Below, in pieces: positions 26,192 to 26,319 of a stretch of DNA of 26,319 nucleotides. Within the stretch, counting starts at the first letter, position 1. Each line of letters opens with the position of its first letter. Where the stretch lies: the NCBI GenBank assembly GCA_019057475.1, contig DXJO01000042.1, positions 1-26,319 on the forward strand, written 5' to 3'. This DNA is from Candidatus Thorarchaeota archaeon (GTDB taxonomy: Archaea > Asgardarchaeota > Thorarchaeia > Thorarchaeales > Thorarchaeaceae). The notes beneath the pieces are model-generated. The model had not been told where the DNA came from. It did not search any database and saw only the letters and a program-made list of their open reading frames with translations. Position numbers and translations under genes: made by a program.

Positions 26192-26319
26192 CAGCCTGGT
26201 TGCTCTGATCCCTCATAACACTTCTTGCATAGGCGGAGCCTGTATCTCTCGCTGTCCTCTTCAGCCTCAGTTGCGTCATCACACTTCGTGCAAACATATC
26301 GGAGGAACAATCTAGTCGA
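26191..26319 (-). CDS. 3' end of a CxxC...CxxC zinc-finger protein (runs off the window; not in the ORF track)
   Basis: Manual translation: STRLFLRYVCTKCDDATEAEEDSERYRLRLCKKCYEGSEQPG*. The stop TGA abuts/overlaps the palindrome. Confidence 0.55.
   Translation of the reverse strand, partial: STRLFLRYVCTKCDDATEAEEDSERYRLRLCKKCYEGSEQPG

Larger units (their letters stand above)
20822..26192. mobile_element. AT-rich inserted cassette bounded by repeated palindromes (no recombinase inside)
   Basis: Boundary repeats plus a composition shift: line 20161-20220 has 38/60 G+C versus 17/60 for line 21901-21960. Confidence 0.55.

Overview
Archaeal accessory/defence island. It most resembles Asgard (Thorarchaeia-like) DNA; this is inferred from the archaeal MCM N-terminus, RadA-paralogue fragments, wHTH/HEPN proteins and small TM-plus-zinc-ribbon proteins, not from any search. 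The window is a mosaic of intact defence genes and broken fragments. From left to right: a truncated nrdD joined to an acidic ORF; an MCM N-terminal/OB/Zn region fused to a NucS-like PD-(D/E)xK nuclease instead of the AAA+ helicase motor; a GHKL-ATPase/HExxH gene split by one in-frame TGA; two tandem ABC-ATPase/TOPRIM (OLD-like, PARIS-fused-like) nucleases; an orphan HEPN; two convergent GIY-YIG genes; membrane genes flanked by degenerate palindromic repeat blocks; a divergent wHTH/RHH-like switch with operator palindromes; a type II R-M pair; and a DUF262 + HEPN pair. At the right end is an AT-rich ~5.3 kb cassette bounded by two copies of the palindrome ACTTTCCACGTGGAA(A/G)GT. It carries a GHKL/MORC ATPase, an MTase-fold protein and a HEPN-like protein, divergent from a Dam/FokI-type methylase with DPPS instead of DPPY. 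No integrase, transposase, CRISPR array, tRNA or rRNA was recognised. The best candidates for a new system are the MCM-N/nuclease fusion and the palindrome-bounded GHKL cassette.
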